Of a DNA stretch of 64,000 nt, positions 63,803-64,000 are shown in pieces. Position 1 is the first letter of the stretch, and the number at the start of each line of letters is the position of its first letter. The notes under the pieces were generated by a model. The model saw nothing but the letters and a program-made list of their open reading frames with translations, was not told the origin of the DNA and searched no databases. The stretch is from an uncultured delta proteobacterium (GTDB lineage: Bacteria; Myxococcota_A; Polyangia; Polyangiales; B10-G4), in the NCBI GenBank assembly GCA_963727445.1, contig CAVSGI010000002.1, positions 96,001 through 160,000 of the forward strand. Reading direction: 5' to 3'. Position numbers and translations under genes: made by a program.

Positions 63803-64000
63803 ATGCGGCACTTCCTTTTCCTGGTCGTGGCCGGGCTCCTCGCGAGCGCCGGCTGCGGAGATGACAACCGTCCACCCGGCGACGCCGGCGACAGCGGCCC
63901 GGGCGATGCCAGCGACGCTGGCGATGCGGGCGACAGCAGCGTCCCGGGGGCCTGCACCCCGCCCGCGCACGATCCGGTGACAATCACCGAGTGCGCCACC
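63803..64000 (+). CDS. Lipoprotein (3' end outside window)
   Basis: MRHFLFLVVAGLLASAGC, then a DAG-rich linker open to the window edge. Confidence 0.65.
   Translation, partial: MRHFLFLVVAGLLASAGCGDDNRPPGDAGDSGPGDASDAGDAGDSSVPGACTPPAHDPVTITECAT

Overview
A very GC-rich, gene-dense bacterial window. MYXO-CTERM sorting signals, a CglF/GltF-like protein, many Cys-rich lipoproteins, a DUF1592/DUF1552 pair and FHA/Ser-Thr kinase/PP2C signalling genes point to a myxobacterium, probably Polyangia (inference). It holds about 50 CDS: housekeeping genes (bcp, parvulin, rsmI, rpoH-type sigma factor, mtnP, PfkB kinase, GH15, GDPD, UPF0182), an ABC-2 exporter, and an RND efflux locus with one MFP and two tandem, mosaic permease paralogues. 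There is also one tRNA-Leu(UAA). Ten genes are split by single-base indels, which look like long-read consensus errors rather than true pseudogenes. The most notable observations are four. (1) A ~1370-aa BPI/LBP-like ORF has an internal MYXO-CTERM signal followed by a second lipoprotein signal peptide, so it may be a polyprotein yielding two surface-anchored proteins. (2) A degenerate copy of the tRNA-Leu locus, with both flanking promoter-like motifs, sits directly upstream of the second RND permease. (3) A REP/MITE-like inverted-repeat family occurs at two loci, one of which supplies the C-terminus of a MYXO-CTERM protein. (4) A FliH/SctL-like gene has no other T3SS genes nearby. All family calls come from motif recognition by eye; no searches were run.
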